Assembly (NCBI GenBank): GCA_964057225.1
Contig: OZ059894.1
Coordinates: 3,782,001 to 3,846,000 of the forward strand
Direction of reading: 5' to 3'
From: Auanema rhodensis
Lineage: Eukaryota; Animalia; Nematoda
Length of the DNA stretch: 64,000 nucleotides
A model generated the notes under the pieces. It ran no database searches. It was not told the origin of the DNA and was given only the letters and a program-made list of their open reading frames with translations. The position numbers and the translations under genes are program-made. Below, piece after piece: positions 10,600 through 25,970 of the stretch (positions within the stretch are counted from its first letter, which is position 1; each line of letters begins with the position of its first letter).

Positions 10600-13500
10600 G
10601 ATATCAACTGATATATGTTCACACTTATATCCTCGATTTTCACCCTGAAGAATTAATTTTTTCGTTGAATAACAATGTCCATCGTCTTTGCCTTGAAAAA
10701 AGTAATCTAAAAACATCTACTTTTTGCTAAATTATTTTGAAATTTTTCGAAAAAATTTTTGTCAAAATGTTTTTGGAAGCAATGTTGAGTGTACATGGAA
10801 ACTCAACATACACTAATGCATCATTTTTCAAACGATCATAACTAATTTTTGTATTAAGCGTTTCTCAATGTAGTATAGTGCATTCGATGCGGATTTTTAA
10901 GCTGCGTCGGTCTTTGTTATCAGATTTGCGCTAGCTTAAAAATGCACCGAGATATCAACTGATATAAGTTCACACTTATATCCTCGATTTTCACCCTGAA
11001 GAATTAATTTTTTCGTTGAATAACAATGTCCATCGTCTTTGCCTTGAAAAAAGGAATCTAAAAACATCTACTTTTTGCTAAATTATTTTGAAATTTTTCG
11101 AAAAAATTTTTGTCAAAATGTTTTTGGAAGCAATGTTGAGTGTACATGGAAACTCAACATACACTAATGCATCATTTTTCAAACGATCATAACTAATTTT
11201 TGTATTAAGCGTTTCTCAATGTAGTATAGTGCATTCGATGCGGATTTTTAAGCTGCATCGATCTGTGTTATCAGATTTGCGCTAGCTTAAAAATGCACCG
11301 AGATATCAACTGATATATGTTCACACTTATATCCTCGATTTTCACCCTGAAGAATTAATTTTTTCGTTGAATAACAATGTCCATCGTCTTTGCCTTGAGA
11401 AAAGGAATCTAAAAACATCTACTTTTTGCTAAATTATTTTGAAATTTTTCGAAAAAATTTTTGTCAAAATGTTTTTGGAAGCAATGTTGAGTGTACATGG
11501 AAACTCAACATACACTAATGCATCATTTTTCAAACGATCATAACTAATTTTTGTATTAAGCGTTTCTCAATGTAGTATAGTGCATTCGATGCGGATTTTT
11601 AAGCTGCATCGATCTGTGTTATCAGATTTGCGCTAGCTTAAAAATGCACCGAGATATCAACTGATATAAGTTCACACTTATATCCTCGATTTTCACCCTG
11701 AAGAATTAATTTTTTCGTTGAATAACAATGTCCATCGTCTTTGCCTTGAAAAAAGGAATCTAAAAACATCTACTTTTTGCTAAATTATTTTGAAATTTTT
11801 CGAAAAAATTTTTGTCAAAATGTTTTTGGAAGCAATGTTGAGTGTACATGGAAACTCAACATACACTAATGCATCATTTTTCAAACGATCATAACTAATT
11901 TTTGTATTAAGCGTTTCTCAATGTAGTATAGTGCATTCGATGCGGATTTTTAAGCTGCATCGATCTGTGTTATCAGATTTGCGCTAGCTTAAAAATGCAC
12001 CGAGATATCAACTGATATAAGTTCACACTTATATCCTCGATTTTCACCCTGAAGAATTAATTTTTTCGTTGAATAACAATGTCCATCGTCTTTGCCTTGA
12101 AAAAAGGAATCTAAAAACATCTACTTTTTGCTAAATTATTTTGAAATTTTTCGAAAAAATTTTTGTCAAAATGTTTTTGGAAGCAATGTTGAGTGTACAT
12201 GGAAACTCAACATACACTAATGCATCATTTTTCAAACGATCATAACTAATTTTTGTATTAAGCGTTTCTCAATGTAGTATAGTGCATTCGATGCGAATTT
12301 TTAAGCTGCATCGATCTGTGTTATCAGATTTGCGCTAGCTTAAAAATGCACCGAGATATCAACTGATATATGTTCACACTTATATCCTCGATTTTCACCC
12401 TGAAGAATTAATTTTTTCGTTGAATAACAATGTCCATCGTCTTTGCCTTGAAAAAAGTAATCTAAAAACATCTACTTTTTGCTAAATTATTTTGAAATTT
12501 TTCGAAAAAATTTTTGTCAAAATGTTTTTGGAAGCAATGTTGAGTGTACATGGAAACTCAACATACACTAATGCATCATTTTTCAAACGATCATAACTAA
12601 TTTTTGTATTAAGCGTTTCTTAATGTAGTATAGTGCATTCGATGCGGATTTTTAAGCTGCATCGATCTGTGTTATCAGATTTGCGCTAGCTTAAAAATGC
12701 ACCGAGATATCAACTGATATAAGTTCACACTTATATCCTCGATTTTCACCCTGAAAAATTAACTTTTTTGTTGAATAACATCGTCCATCGTCTTTGCCTT
12801 GAAAAAAGGAATCTAAAAACATCTACTTTTTGCTAAATTATTTTGAAATTTTTCGAAAAAATTTTTGTCAAAATGTTTTTGGAAGCAATGTTGAGTGTAC
12901 ATGGAAACTCAACATACACTAATGCATCATTTTTCAAACGATCATAACTAATTTTTGTATTGAGCGTTTCTCAATGTAGTATAGTGCATTCGATGCGGAT
13001 TTTTAAGCTGCGTCGATCTGTGTTATCAGATTTGCGCTAGCTTAAAAATGCACCGAGATATCAACTGATATAAGTTCACACTTATATCCTCGATTTTGAC
13101 CCTGAAGAATTAATTTTTTCGTTGAATAACATTGTCCATCGTCTTTGCCTTGAAAAAAGGAATCTAAAAACATCTACTTTTTGCTAAATTATTTTGAAAT
13201 TTTTCGAAAAAATTTTTGTCAAAATGTTTTTGGAAGCAATGTTGAGTGTACTTGGAAACTCAACATACACTAATGCATCATTTTTCAAACGATCATAACT
13301 AATTTTTGTATTGAGCGTTTCTCAATGTAGTATAGTGCATTCGATGCGGATTTTTAAGCTGCGTCGATCTGTGTTATCAGATTTGCGCTAGCTTAAAAAT
13401 GCACCGAGATATCAACTGATATAAGTTCACACTTATATCCTCGATTTTCACCCTGAAACATTAATTTTTTTGTTGAATAACATCGTCCATCGTCTTTGCC

Positions 13501-16500
13501 TTGAAAAAAGGAATCTAAAAACATCTACTTTTTGCTAAATTATTTTGAAATTTTTCGAAAAAATTTTTGTCAAAATGTTTTTGGAAGCAATGTTGATTGT
13601 ACATGGAAACTCAACATACACTAATGCATCATTTTTCAAACGATCATAACTAATTTTTGTATTAAGCGTTTCTCAATGAAGTATAGTGCATTCGATGCGG
13701 ATTTTTAAGCTGCGTCGGTCTGTGTTATCAGATTTGCGCTAGCTTAAAAATGCACCGAGATATCAACTGATATAAGTTCACACTTATATCCTCGATTTTC
13801 ACCCTGAAAAATTAATTTTTTTGTTGAATAACATCGTCCATCGTCTTTGCCTTGAAAAAAGGAATCTAAAAACATCTACTTTTTGCTAAATTATTTTGAA
13901 ATTTTTCGAAAAAATTTTTGTCAAAATGTTTTTGGAAGCAATGTTGAGTGTACATGGAAACTCAACATACACTAATGCATCATTTTTCAAACGATCATAA
14001 CTAATTTTTGTATTAAGCGTTTCTCAATGTAGTATAGTGCATTCGATGCGGATTTTTAAGCTGCATCGATCTGTGTTATCAGATTTGCGCTAGCTTAAAA
14101 ATGCACCGAGATATCAACTGATATAAGTTCACACTTATATCCTCGATTTTCACCCTGAAGAATTAATTTTTTCGTTGAATAACAATGTCCATCGTCTTTG
14201 CCTCAAAAAAAGGTATCTAAAAACATCTACTTTTTGCTAAATTATTTTGAAATTTTTCGAAAAAATTTTTGTCAAAATGTTTTTGGAAGCAATGTTGAGT
14301 GTACATGGAAACTCAACATACACTAATGCATCATTTTTCAAACGATCATAACTAATTTTTGTATTAAGCGTTTCTCAATGTAGTATAGTGCATTCGATGC
14401 GGATTTTTAAGCTGCATCGATCTGTGTTATAAGATTTGCGCTAGCTTAAAAATGCACCGAGATATCAACTGATATAAGTTCACACTTATATCCTCGATTT
14501 TCACCCTGAAACATTAATTTTTTTGTTGAATAACATCGTCCATCGTCTTTGCCTTGAAAAAAGGAATCTAAAAACATCTACTTTTTGCTAAATTATTTTG
14601 AAATTTTTCGAAAAAATTTTTGTCAAAATGTTTTTGGAAGCAATGTTGAGTGTACATGGAAACTCAACATACACTAATGCATCATTTTTCAAACGATCAT
14701 AACTAATTTTTGTATTGAGCGTTTCTCAATGTAGTATAGTGCATTCGATGCGGATTTTTAAGCTGCGTCGATCTGTGTTATCAGATTTGCGCTAGCTTAA
14801 AAATGCACCGAGATATCAACTGATATAAGTTCACACTTATATCCTCGATTTTGACCCTGAAGAATTAATTTTTTCGTTTAATAACATCGTCCATCGTCTT
14901 TGCCTTGAAAAAAGGAATCTAAAAACATCTACTTTTTGCTAAATTATTTTGAAATTTTTCGAAAAAATTTTTGTCAAAATGTTTTTGGAAGCAATGTTGA
15001 TTGTACATGGAAACTCAACATACACTAATGCATCATTTTTCAAACGATCATAACTAATTTTTGTATTAAGCGTTTCTCAATGTAGTGTAGTGCATTCGAT
15101 GCGGATTTTTAAGCTGCGTCGATCTGTGTTATCAGATTTGCGCTAGCTTAAAAATGCACCGAGATATCAACTGATATAAGTTCACACTTATATCCTCGAT
15201 TTTGACCCTGAAGAATTAATTTTTTCGTTTAATAACATCGTCCATCGTCTTTGCCTTGAAAAAAGGAATCTAAAAACATCTACTTTTTGCTAAATTATTT
15301 TGAAATTTTTCGAAAAAATTTTTGTCAAAATGTTTTTGGAAGCAATGTTGATTGTACATGGAAACTCAACATACACTAATGCATCATTTTTCAAACGATC
15401 ATAACTAATTTTTGTATTAAGCGTTTCTCAATGTAGTGTAGTGCATTCGATGCGGATTTTTAAGCTGCGTCGATCTGTGTTATCAGATTTGCGCTAGCTT
15501 AAAAATGCACCGAGATATCAACTGATATATGTTCACACTTATATCCTCGATTTTCACCCTGAAGAATTAATTTTTTCGTTTAATAACATCGTCCATCGTC
15601 TTTGCCTTGAAAAAAGGAATCTAAAAACATCTACTTTTTGCTAAATTATTTTGAAATTTTTCGAAAAAATTTTTGTCAAAATGTTTTTGGAAGCAATGTT
15701 GATTGTACATGGAAACTCAACATACACTAATGCATCATTTTTCAAACGATCATAACTAATTTTTGTATTAAGCGTTTCTCAATGTAGTGTAGTGCATTCG
15801 ATGCGGATTTTTAAGCTGCGTCGATCTGTGTTATCAGATTTGCGCTAGCTTAAAAATGCACCGAGATATCAACTGATATAAGTTCACACTTATATCCTCG
15901 ATTTTGACCCTGAAGAATTAATTTTTTCGTTGAATAACATCGTCCATCGTCTTTGCCTTGGAAAAAGGAATCTAAAAACATCTACTTTTTGCTAAATTAT
16001 TTTGAAATTTTTCGAAAAAATTTTTGTCAAAATGTTTTTGGAAGCAATGTTGATTGTAGATGGAAACTCAACATACACTAATGCATCATTTTTCAAACGA
16101 TCATAACTAATTTTTGTATTGAGCGTTTCTCAATGTAGAATAGTGCATTCGATGCGGATTTTTAAGCTGCGTCGGTCTGTGTTATCAGATTTGCGCTAGC
16201 TTAAAAATGCACCGAGATATCAACTGATATATGTTCACACTTATATCCTCGATTTTCACCCTGAAGAATTAATTTTTTCGTTGAATAACAATGTCCATCG
16301 TCTTTGCCTTGAAAAAAGTAATCTAAAAACATCTACTTTTTGCTAAATTATTTTGAAATTTTTCGAAAAAATTTTTGTCAAAATGTTTTTGGAAGCAATG
16401 TTGAGTGTACATGGAAACTCAACATACACTAATGCATCATTTTTCAAACGATCATAACTAATTTTTGTATTAAGCGTTTCTCAATGTAGTATAGTGCATT

Positions 16501-19500
16501 CGATGCGGATTTTTAAGCTGCGTCGGTCTTTGTTATCAGATTTGCGCTAGCTTAAAAATGCACCGAGATATCAACTGATATAAGTTCACACTTATATCCT
16601 CGATTTTCACCCTGAAGAATTAATTTTTTCGTTGAATAACAATGTCCATCGTCTTTGCCTTGAAAAAAGGAATCTAAAAACATCTACTTTTTGCTAAATT
16701 ATTTTGAAATTTTTCGAAAAAATTTTTGTCAAAATGTTTTTGGAAGCAATGTTGAGTGTACATGGAAACTCAACATACACTAATGCATCATTTTTCAAAC
16801 GATCATAACTAATTTTTGTATTAAGCGTTTCTCAATGTAGTATAGTGCATTCGATGCGGATTTTTAAGCTGCATCGATCTGTGTTATCAGATTTGCGCTA
16901 GCTTAAAAATGCACCGAGATATCAACTGATATATGTTCACACTTATATCCTCGATTTTCACCCTGAAGAATTAATTTTTTCGTTGAATAACAATGTCCAT
17001 CGTCTTTGCCTTGAGAAAAGGAATCTAAAAACATCTACTTTTTGCTAAATTATTTTGAAATTTTTCGAAAAAATTTTTGTCAAAATGTTTTTGGAAGCAA
17101 TGTTGAGTGTACATGGAAACTCAACATACACTAATGCATCATTTTTCAAACGATCATAACTAATTTTTGTATTAAGCGTTTCTCAATGTAGTATAGTGCA
17201 TTCGATGCGGATTTTTAAGCTGCATCGATCTGTGTTATCAGATTTGCGCTAGCTTAAAAATGCACCGAGATATCAACTGATATAAGTTCACACTTATATC
17301 CTCGATTTTCACCCTGAAGAATTAATTTTTTCGTTGAATAAGAATGTCCATCGTCTTTGCCTTGAAAAAAGGAATCTAAAAACATCTACTTTTTGCTAAA
17401 TTATTTTGAAATTTTTCGAAAAAATTTTTGTCAAAATGTTTTTGGAAGCAATGTTGAGTGTACATGGAAACTCAACATACACTAATGCATCATTTTTCAA
17501 ACGATCATAACTAATTTTTGTATTAAGCGTTTCTCAATGTAGTATAGTGCATTCGATGCGGATTTTTAAGCTGCATCGATCTGTGTTATCAGATTTGCGC
17601 TAGCTTAAAAATGCACCGAGATATCAACTGATATAAGTTCACACTTATATCCTCGATTTTCACCCTGAAGAATTAATTTTTTCGTTGAATAACAATGTCC
17701 ATCGTCTTTGCCTTGAAAAAAGGAATCTAAAAACATCTACTTTTTGCTAAATTATTTTGAAATTTTTCGAAAAAATTTTTGTCAAAATGTTTTTGGAAGC
17801 AATGTTGAGTGTACATGGAAACTCAACATACACTAATGCATCATTTTTCAAACGATCATAACTAATTTTTGTATTAAGCGTTTCTCAATGTAGTATAGTG
17901 CATTCGATGCGAATTTTTAAGCTGCATCGATCTGTGTTATCAGATTTGCGCTAGCTTAAAAATGCACCGAGATATCAACTGATATATGTTCACACTTATA
18001 TCCTCGATTTTCACCCTGAAGAATTAATTTTTTCGTTGAATAACAATGTCCATCGTCTTTGCCTTGAAAAAAGTAATCTAAAAACATCTACTTTTTGCTA
18101 AATTATTTTGAAATTTTTCGAAAAAATTTTTGTCAAAATGTTTTTGGAAGCAATGTTGAGTGTACATGGAAACTCAACATACACTAATGCATCATTTTTC
18201 AAACGATCATAACTAATTTTTGTATTAAGCGTTTCTTAATGTAGTATAGTGCATTCGATGCGGATTTTTAAGCTGCATCGATCTGTGTTATCAGATTTGC
18301 GCTAGCTTAAAAATGCACCGAGATATCAACTGATATAAGTTCACACTTATATCCTCGATTTTCACCCTGAAAAATTAACTTTTTTGTTGAATAACATCGT
18401 CCATCGTCTTTGCCTTGAAAAAAGGAATCTAAAAACATCTACTTTTTGCTAAATTATTTTGAAATTTTTCGAAAAAATTTTTGTCAAAATGTTTTTGGAA
18501 GCAATGTTGAGTGTACATGGAAACTCAACATACACTAATGCATCATTTTTCAAACGATCATAACTAATTTTTGTATTGAGCGTTTCTCAATGTAGTATAG
18601 TGCATTCGATGCGGATTTTTAAGCTGCGTCGATCTGTGTTATCAGATTTGCGCTAGCTTAAAAATGCACCGAGATATCAACTGATATAAGTTCACACTTA
18701 TATCCTCGATTTTGACCCTGAAGAATTAATTTTTTCGTTGAATAACATTGTCCATCGTCTTTGCCTTGAAAAAAGGAATCTAAAAACATCTACTTTTTGC
18801 TAAATTATTTTGAAATTTTTCGAAAAAATTTTTGTCAAAATGTTTTTGGAAGCAATGTTGAGTGTACTTGGAAACTCAACATACACTAATGCATCATTTT
18901 TCAAACGATCATAACTAATTTTTGTATTGAGCGTTTCTCAATGTAGTATAGTGCATTCGATGCGGATTTTTAAGCTGCGTCGATCTGTGTTATCAGATTT
19001 GCGCTAGCTTAAAAATGCACCGAGATATCAACTGATATAAGTTCACACTTATATCCTCGATTTTGACCCTGAAGAATTAATTTTTTCGTTTAATAACATC
19101 GTCCATCGTCTTTGCCTTGAAAAAAGGAATCTAAAAACATCTACTTTTTGCTAAATTATTTTGAAATTTTTCGAAAAAATTTTTGTCAAAATGTTTTTGG
19201 AAGCAATGTTGATTGTACATGGAAACTCAACATACACTAATGCATCATTTTTCAAACGATCATAACTAATTTTTGTATTAAGCGTTTCTCAATGAAGTAT
19301 AGTGCATTCGATGCGGATTTTTAAGCTGCGTCGGTCTGTGTTATCAGATTTGCGCTAGCTTAAAAATGCACCGAGATATCAACTGATATAAGTTCACACT
19401 TATATCCTCGATTTTCACCCTGAAAAATTAATTTTTTTGTTGAATAACATCGTCCATCGTCTTTGCCTTGAAAAAAGGAATCTAAAAACATCTACTTTTT

Positions 19501-21500
19501 GCTAAATTATTTTGAAATTTTTCGAAAAAATTTTTGTCAAAATGTTTTTGGAAGCAATGTTGAGTGTACATGGAAACTCAACATACACTAATGCATCATT
19601 TTTCAAACGATCATAACTAATTTTTGTATTAAGCGTTTCTCAATGTAGTATAGTGCATTCGATGCGGATTTTTAAGCTGCATCGATCTGTGTTATCAGAT
19701 TTGCGCTAGCTTAAAAATGCACCGAGATATCAACTGATATAAGTTCACACTTATATCCTCGATTTTCACCCTGAAGAATTAATTTTTTCGTTGAATAACA
19801 ATGTCCATCGTCTTTGCCTCAAAAAAAGGTATCTAAAAACATCTACTTTTTGCTAAATTATTTTGAAATTTTTCGAAAAAATTTTTGTCAAAATGTTTTT
19901 GGAAGCAATGTTGAGTGTACATGGAAACTCAACATACACTAATGCATCATTTTTCAAACGATCATAACTAATTTTTGTATTAAGCGTTTCTCAATGTAGT
20001 ATAGTGCATTCGATGCGGATTTTTAAGCTGCATCGATCTGTGTTATAAGATTTGCGCTAGCTTAAAAATGCACCGAGATATCAACTGATATAAGTTCACA
20101 CTTATATCCTCGATTTTCACCCTGAAACATTAATTTTTTTGTTGAATAACATCGTCCATCGTCTTTGCCTTGAAAAAAGGAATCTAAAAACATCTACTTT
20201 TTGCTAAATTATTTTGAAATTTTTCGAAAAAATTTTTGTCAAAATGTTTTTGGAAGCAATGTTGAGTGTACATGGAAACTCAACATACACTAATGCATCA
20301 TTTTTCAAACGATCATAACTAATTTTTGTATTGAGCGTTTCTCAATGTAGTATAGTGCATTCGATGCGGATTTTTAAGCTGCGTCGATCTGTGTTATCAG
20401 ATTTGCGCTAGCTTAAAAATGCACCGAGATATCAACTGATATAAGTTCACACTTATATCCTCGATTTTGACCCTGAAGAATTAATTTTTTCGTTTAATAA
20501 CATCGTCCATCGTCTTTGCCTTGAAAAAAGGAATCTAAAAACATCTACTTTTTGCTAAATTATTTTGAAATTTTTCGAAAAAATTTTTGTCAAAATGTTT
20601 TTGGAAGCAATGTTGATTGTACATGGAAACTCAACATACACTAATGCATCATTTTTCAAACGATCATAACTAATTTTTGTATTAAGCGTTTCTCAATGAA
20701 GTATAGTGCATTCGATGCGGATTTTTAAGCTGCGTCGGTCTGTGTTATCAGATTTGCGCTAGCTTAAAAATGCACCGAGATATCAACTGATATAAGTTCA
20801 CACTTATATCCTCGATTTTCACCCTGAAAAATTAATTTTTTTGTTGAATAACATCGTCCATCGTCTTTGCCTTGAAAAAAGGAATCTAAAAACATCTACT
20901 TTTTGCTAAATTATTTTGAAATTTTTCGAAAAAATTTTTGTCAAAATGTTTTTGGAAGCAATGTTGAGTGTACATGGAAACTCAACATACACTAATGCAT
21001 CATTTTTCAAACGATCATAACTAATTTTTGTATTAAGCGTTTCTCAATGTAGTGTAGTGCATTCGATGCGGATTTTTAAGCTGCGTCGATCTGTGTTATC
21101 AGATTTGCGCTAGCTTAAAAATGCACCGAGATATCAACTGATATAAGTTCACACTTATATCCTCGATTTTGACCCTGAAGAATTAATTTTTTCGTTGAAT
21201 AACATCGTCCATCGTCTTTGCCTTGGAAAAAGGAATCTAAAAACATCTACTTTTTGCTAAATTATTTTGAAATTTTTCGAACAAATTTTTGTCAAAATGT
21301 TTTTGGAAGCAATGTTGATTGTAGATGGAAACTCAACATACACTAATGCATCATTTTTCAAACGATCATAACTAATTTTTGTATTGAGCGTTTCTCAATG
21401 TAGAATAGTGCATTCGATGCGGATTTTTAAGCTGCGTCGGTCTGTGTTATCAGATTTGCGCTAGCTTAAAAATGCACCGAGATATCAACTGATATATGTT
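10600..21500. repeat. Tandem duplication of about 16 monomers (5616-bp offset), with later internal rearrangement
   Basis: Variant pairs 5616 bp apart: 10703/16319, 10914/16530, 11399/17015, 12296/17912, 12763/18379, 13252/18868, 13679/19295, 14431/20047. Distal markers are 5265 bp (15 monomers) apart: 15961/21226, 16059/21324. Confidence 0.88.
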
Positions 21501-23159
21501 CACACTTATATCCTCGATTTTCACCCTGAAGAATTAATTTTTTCGTTGAATAACAATGTCCATCGTCTTTGCCTTGAAAAAAGGAATCTAAAAACATCTA
21601 CTTTTTGCTAAATTATTTTGAAATTTTTCGAAAAAATTTTTGTCAAAATGTTTTTGGAAGCAATGTTGAGTGTACATGGAAACTCAACATACACTAATGC
21701 ATCATTTTTCAAACGATCATAACTAATTTTTGTATTAAGCGTTTCTCAATGTAGTATAGTGCATTCGATGCGGATTTTTAAGCTGCATCGATCTGTGTTA
21801 TCAGATTTGCGCTAGCTTAAAAATGCACCGAGATATCAACTGATATAAGTTCACACTTATATCCTCGATTTTCACCCTGAAACATTAATTTTTTTGTTGA
21901 ATAACATCGTCCATCGTCTTTGCCTTGAAAAAAGGAATCTAAAAACATCTACTTTTTGCTAAATTGTTCTGAAATTTTTCGAAAAAATTTTTGTCAAAAT
22001 GTTTTTGGAAGCAATGTTGAGTGTACATGGAAACTCAACATACACTAATGCATCATTTTTCAAACGATCATAACTAATTTTTGTATTGAGCGTTTCTCAA
22101 TGTAGTATAGTGCATTCGATGCGGATTTTTAAGCTGCGTCGGTCTGTGTTATCAGATTTGCGCTAGCTTAAAAATGCACCGAGATATCAACTGATATAAG
22201 TTCACACATATATCCTCGATTTTCACCCTGAAGAATTAATTTTTTCGTTGAATAACAATGTCCATCGTCTTTGCCTTGAAAAAAGGAATCTAAAAACATC
22301 TACTTTTTGCTAAATTATTTTGAAATTTTTCGAAAAAATTTTTGTCAAAATGTTTTTGGAAGCAATGTTGAGTGTACATGGAAACTCAACATACACTAAT
22401 GCATCATTTTTCAAACGATCATAACTAATTTTTGTATTAAGCGTTTCTCAATGTAGTATAGTGCATTCGATGCGGATTTTTAAGCTGCATCGATCTGTGT
22501 TATCAGATTTGCGCTAGCTTAAAAATGCACCGAGATATCAACTGATATATGTTCACACTTATATCCTCGATTTTCACCCTGAAGAATTAATTTTTTCGTT
22601 GAATAACAATGTCCATCGTCTTTGCCTTGAAAAAAGGAATCTAAAAACATCTACTTTTTGCTAAATTATTTTGAAATTTTTCGAAAAAATTTTTGTCAAA
22701 ATGTTTTTGGAAGCAATGTTGAGTGTACATGGAAACTCAACATACACTAATGCATCATTTTTCAAACGATCATAACTAATTTTTGTATTGAGCGTTTCTC
22801 AATGTAGTATAGTGCATTCGATGCGGATTTTTAAGCTGCATCGATCTGTGTTATCAGATTTGCGCTAGCTTAAAAATGCACCGAGATATCAACTGATATA
22901 AGTTCACACTTATATCCTCGATTTTCACAATGAAAAATTAATTTTTTTGTTGAATAACATCGTCCATCGTCTTTGCCTTGAAAAAAGGAATCTAAAAACA
23001 TCTACTTTTTGCTAAATTATTTTGAAATTTTTCGAAAAAATTTTTGTCAAAATGTTTTTGGAAGCAATGTTGAGTGTACATGGAAACTCAACATACACTA
23101 ATGCATCATTTTTCAAACGATCATAACTAATTTTTGTATTGAGCGTTTCTCAATGTAGT

Positions 23160-25970
23160 ATAGTGCATTCGATGCGGATTTTCAAGCTGCGTCGATCTGT
23201 GTTATCAGATTTGCGCTAGCTTAAAAATGCACCGAGATATCAACTGATATAAGTTCACACTTATATCCTCGATTTTGACCCTGAAGAATTAATTTTTTCG
23301 TTGAATAACATCGTCCATCGTCTTTGCCTTGAAAAAAGGAATCTAAAAACATCTTATTTTTGCTAAATTATTTTGAAATTTTTCGAAAAAATTTTTGTCA
23401 AAATGTTTTTGGAAGCAATGTTGATTGTACATGGAAACTCAACATACACTAATGCATCATTTTTCAAACGATCATAACTAATTTTTGTATTAAGCGTTTC
23501 TCAATGTAGTATAGTGCATTCGATGCGGATTTTTAAGCTGCGTCGGTCTGTGTTATCAGATTTGCGCTAGCTTAAAAATGCACCGAGATATCAACTGATA
23601 TAAGTTCACACTTATATCCTCGATTTTCACCCTGAAGAATTAATTTTTTCGTTGAATAACAATGTCCATCGTCTTTGCCTTGAAAAAAGGAATCTAAAAA
23701 CATCTACTTTTTGCTAAATTATTTTGAAATTTTTCGAAAAAATTTTTGTCAAAATGTTTTTGGAAGCAATATTGAGTGTACATGGAAACTCAACATACAC
23801 TAATGCATCATTTTTCAAACGATCATAACTAATTTTTGTATTAAGCGTTTCTCAATGTAGTATAGTGCATTCGATGCGGATTTTTAAGCTGCATCGATCT
23901 GTGTTATCAGATTTGCGCTAGCTTAAAAATGCACCGAGATATCAACTGATATAAGTTCACACTTATATCCTTGATTTTCACCCTGAAGAATTAATTTTTT
24001 CGTTGAATAACAATGTCCATCGTCTTTGCCTCAAAAAAAGGTATCTAAAAACATCTACTTTTTGCTAAATTATTTTGAAATTTTTCGAAAAAATTTTTGT
24101 CAAAATGTTTTTGGAAGCAATGTTGAGTGTACATGGAAACTCAACATACACTAATGCATCATTTTTCAAACGATCATAACTAATTTTTGTATTAAGCGTT
24201 TCTCAATGTCGTATAGTGCATTCGATGCGGATTTTTAAGCTGCGTCGATCTGTTTTATCAGATTTGCGCTAGCTTAAAAATGCACCGAGATATCAACTGA
24301 TATAAGTTCACACTTATATCCTCGATTTTCACCCTGAAGAATTAATTTTTTCGTTGAATAACAATGTCCATCGTCTTCGCCTTGAAAAAAAAAATCTAAA
24401 AACATCTACTTTTTGCTAAATTATTTTGAAATTTTTCGAAAAAATTTTTGTCAAAATGTTTTTGGAAGCAATGTTGAGTGTACATGGAAACTCAACATAC
24501 ACTAATTCATCATTTTTCAAACGATCATAACTAATTTTTGTATTAAGCGTTTCTCAATGTAGTATAGTGCATTCGATGCGGATTTTCAAGCTGCGTCGAT
24601 CTGTGTTATCAGATTTGCGCTAGCTTAAAAATGCACCGAGATATCAACTGATATAAGTTCACACTTATATCCTCGATTTTGACCCTGAAGAATTAATTTT
24701 TTCGTTGAATAACATCGTCCATCGTCTTTGCCTTGAAAAAAGGAATCTAAAAACATCTTATTTTTGCTAAATTATTTTGAAATTTTTCGAAAAAATTTTT
24801 GTCAAAATGTTTTTGGAAGCAATGTTGATTGTACATGGAAACTCAACATACACTAATGCATCATTTTTCAAACGATCATAACTAATTTTTGTATTAAGCG
24901 TTTCTCAATGTAGTATAGTGCATTCGATGCGGATTTTTAAGCTGCGTCGGTCTGTGTTATCAGATTTGCGCTAGCTTAAAAATGCACCGAGATATCAACT
25001 GATATAAGTTCACACTTATATCCTCGATTTTCACCCTGAAGAATTAATTTTTTCGTTGAATAACAATGTCCATCGTCTTTGCCTTGAAAAAAGGAATCTA
25101 AAAACATCTACTTTTTGCTAAATTATTTTGAAATTTTTCGAAAAAATTTTTGTCAAAATGTTTTTGGAAGCAATATTGAGTGTACATGGAAACTCAACAT
25201 ACACTAATGCATCATTTTTCAAACGATCATAACTAATTTTTGTATTAAGCGTTTCTCAATGTAGTATAGTGCATTCGATGCGGATTTTTAAGCTGCATCG
25301 ATCTGTGTTATCAGATTTGCGCTAGCTTAAAAATGCACCGAGATATCAACTGATATAAGTTCACACTTATATCCTTGATTTTCACCCTGAAGAATTAATT
25401 TTTTCGTTGAATAACAATGTCCATCGTCTTTGCCTCAAAAAAAGGTATCTAAAAACATCTACTTTTTGCTAAATTATTTTGAAATTTTTCGAAAAAATTT
25501 TTGTCAAAATGTTTTTGGAAGCAATGTTGAGTGTACATGGAAACTCAACATACACTAATGCATCATTTTTCAAACGATCATAACTAATTTTTGTATTAAG
25601 CGTTTCTCAATGTCGTATAGTGCATTCGATGCGGATTTTTAAGCTGCGTCGATCTGTTTTATCAGATTTGCGCTAGCTTAAAAATGCACCGAGATATCAA
25701 CTGATATAAGTTCACACTTATATCCTCGATTTTCACCCTGAAGAATTAATTTTTTCGTTGAATAACAATGTCCATCGTCTTCGCCTTGAAAAAAAAAATC
25801 TAAAAACATCTACTTTTTGCTAAATTATTTTGAAATTTTTCGAAAAAATTTTTGTCAAAATGTTTTTGGAAGCAATGTTGAGTGTACATGGAAACTCAAC
25901 ATACACTAATTCATCATTTTTCAAACGATCATAACTAATTTTTGTATTAAGCGTTTCTCAATGTAGTATA
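23160..25970. repeat. Tandem duplication of a 4-monomer block (1404 bp)
   Basis: Variant pairs: ttttCaagc 23183/24587, atctTAtttt ~23355/24759, caatAttg 23771/25175, cctTga 23972/25376, atgtCgta 24210/25614. Confidence 0.93.
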
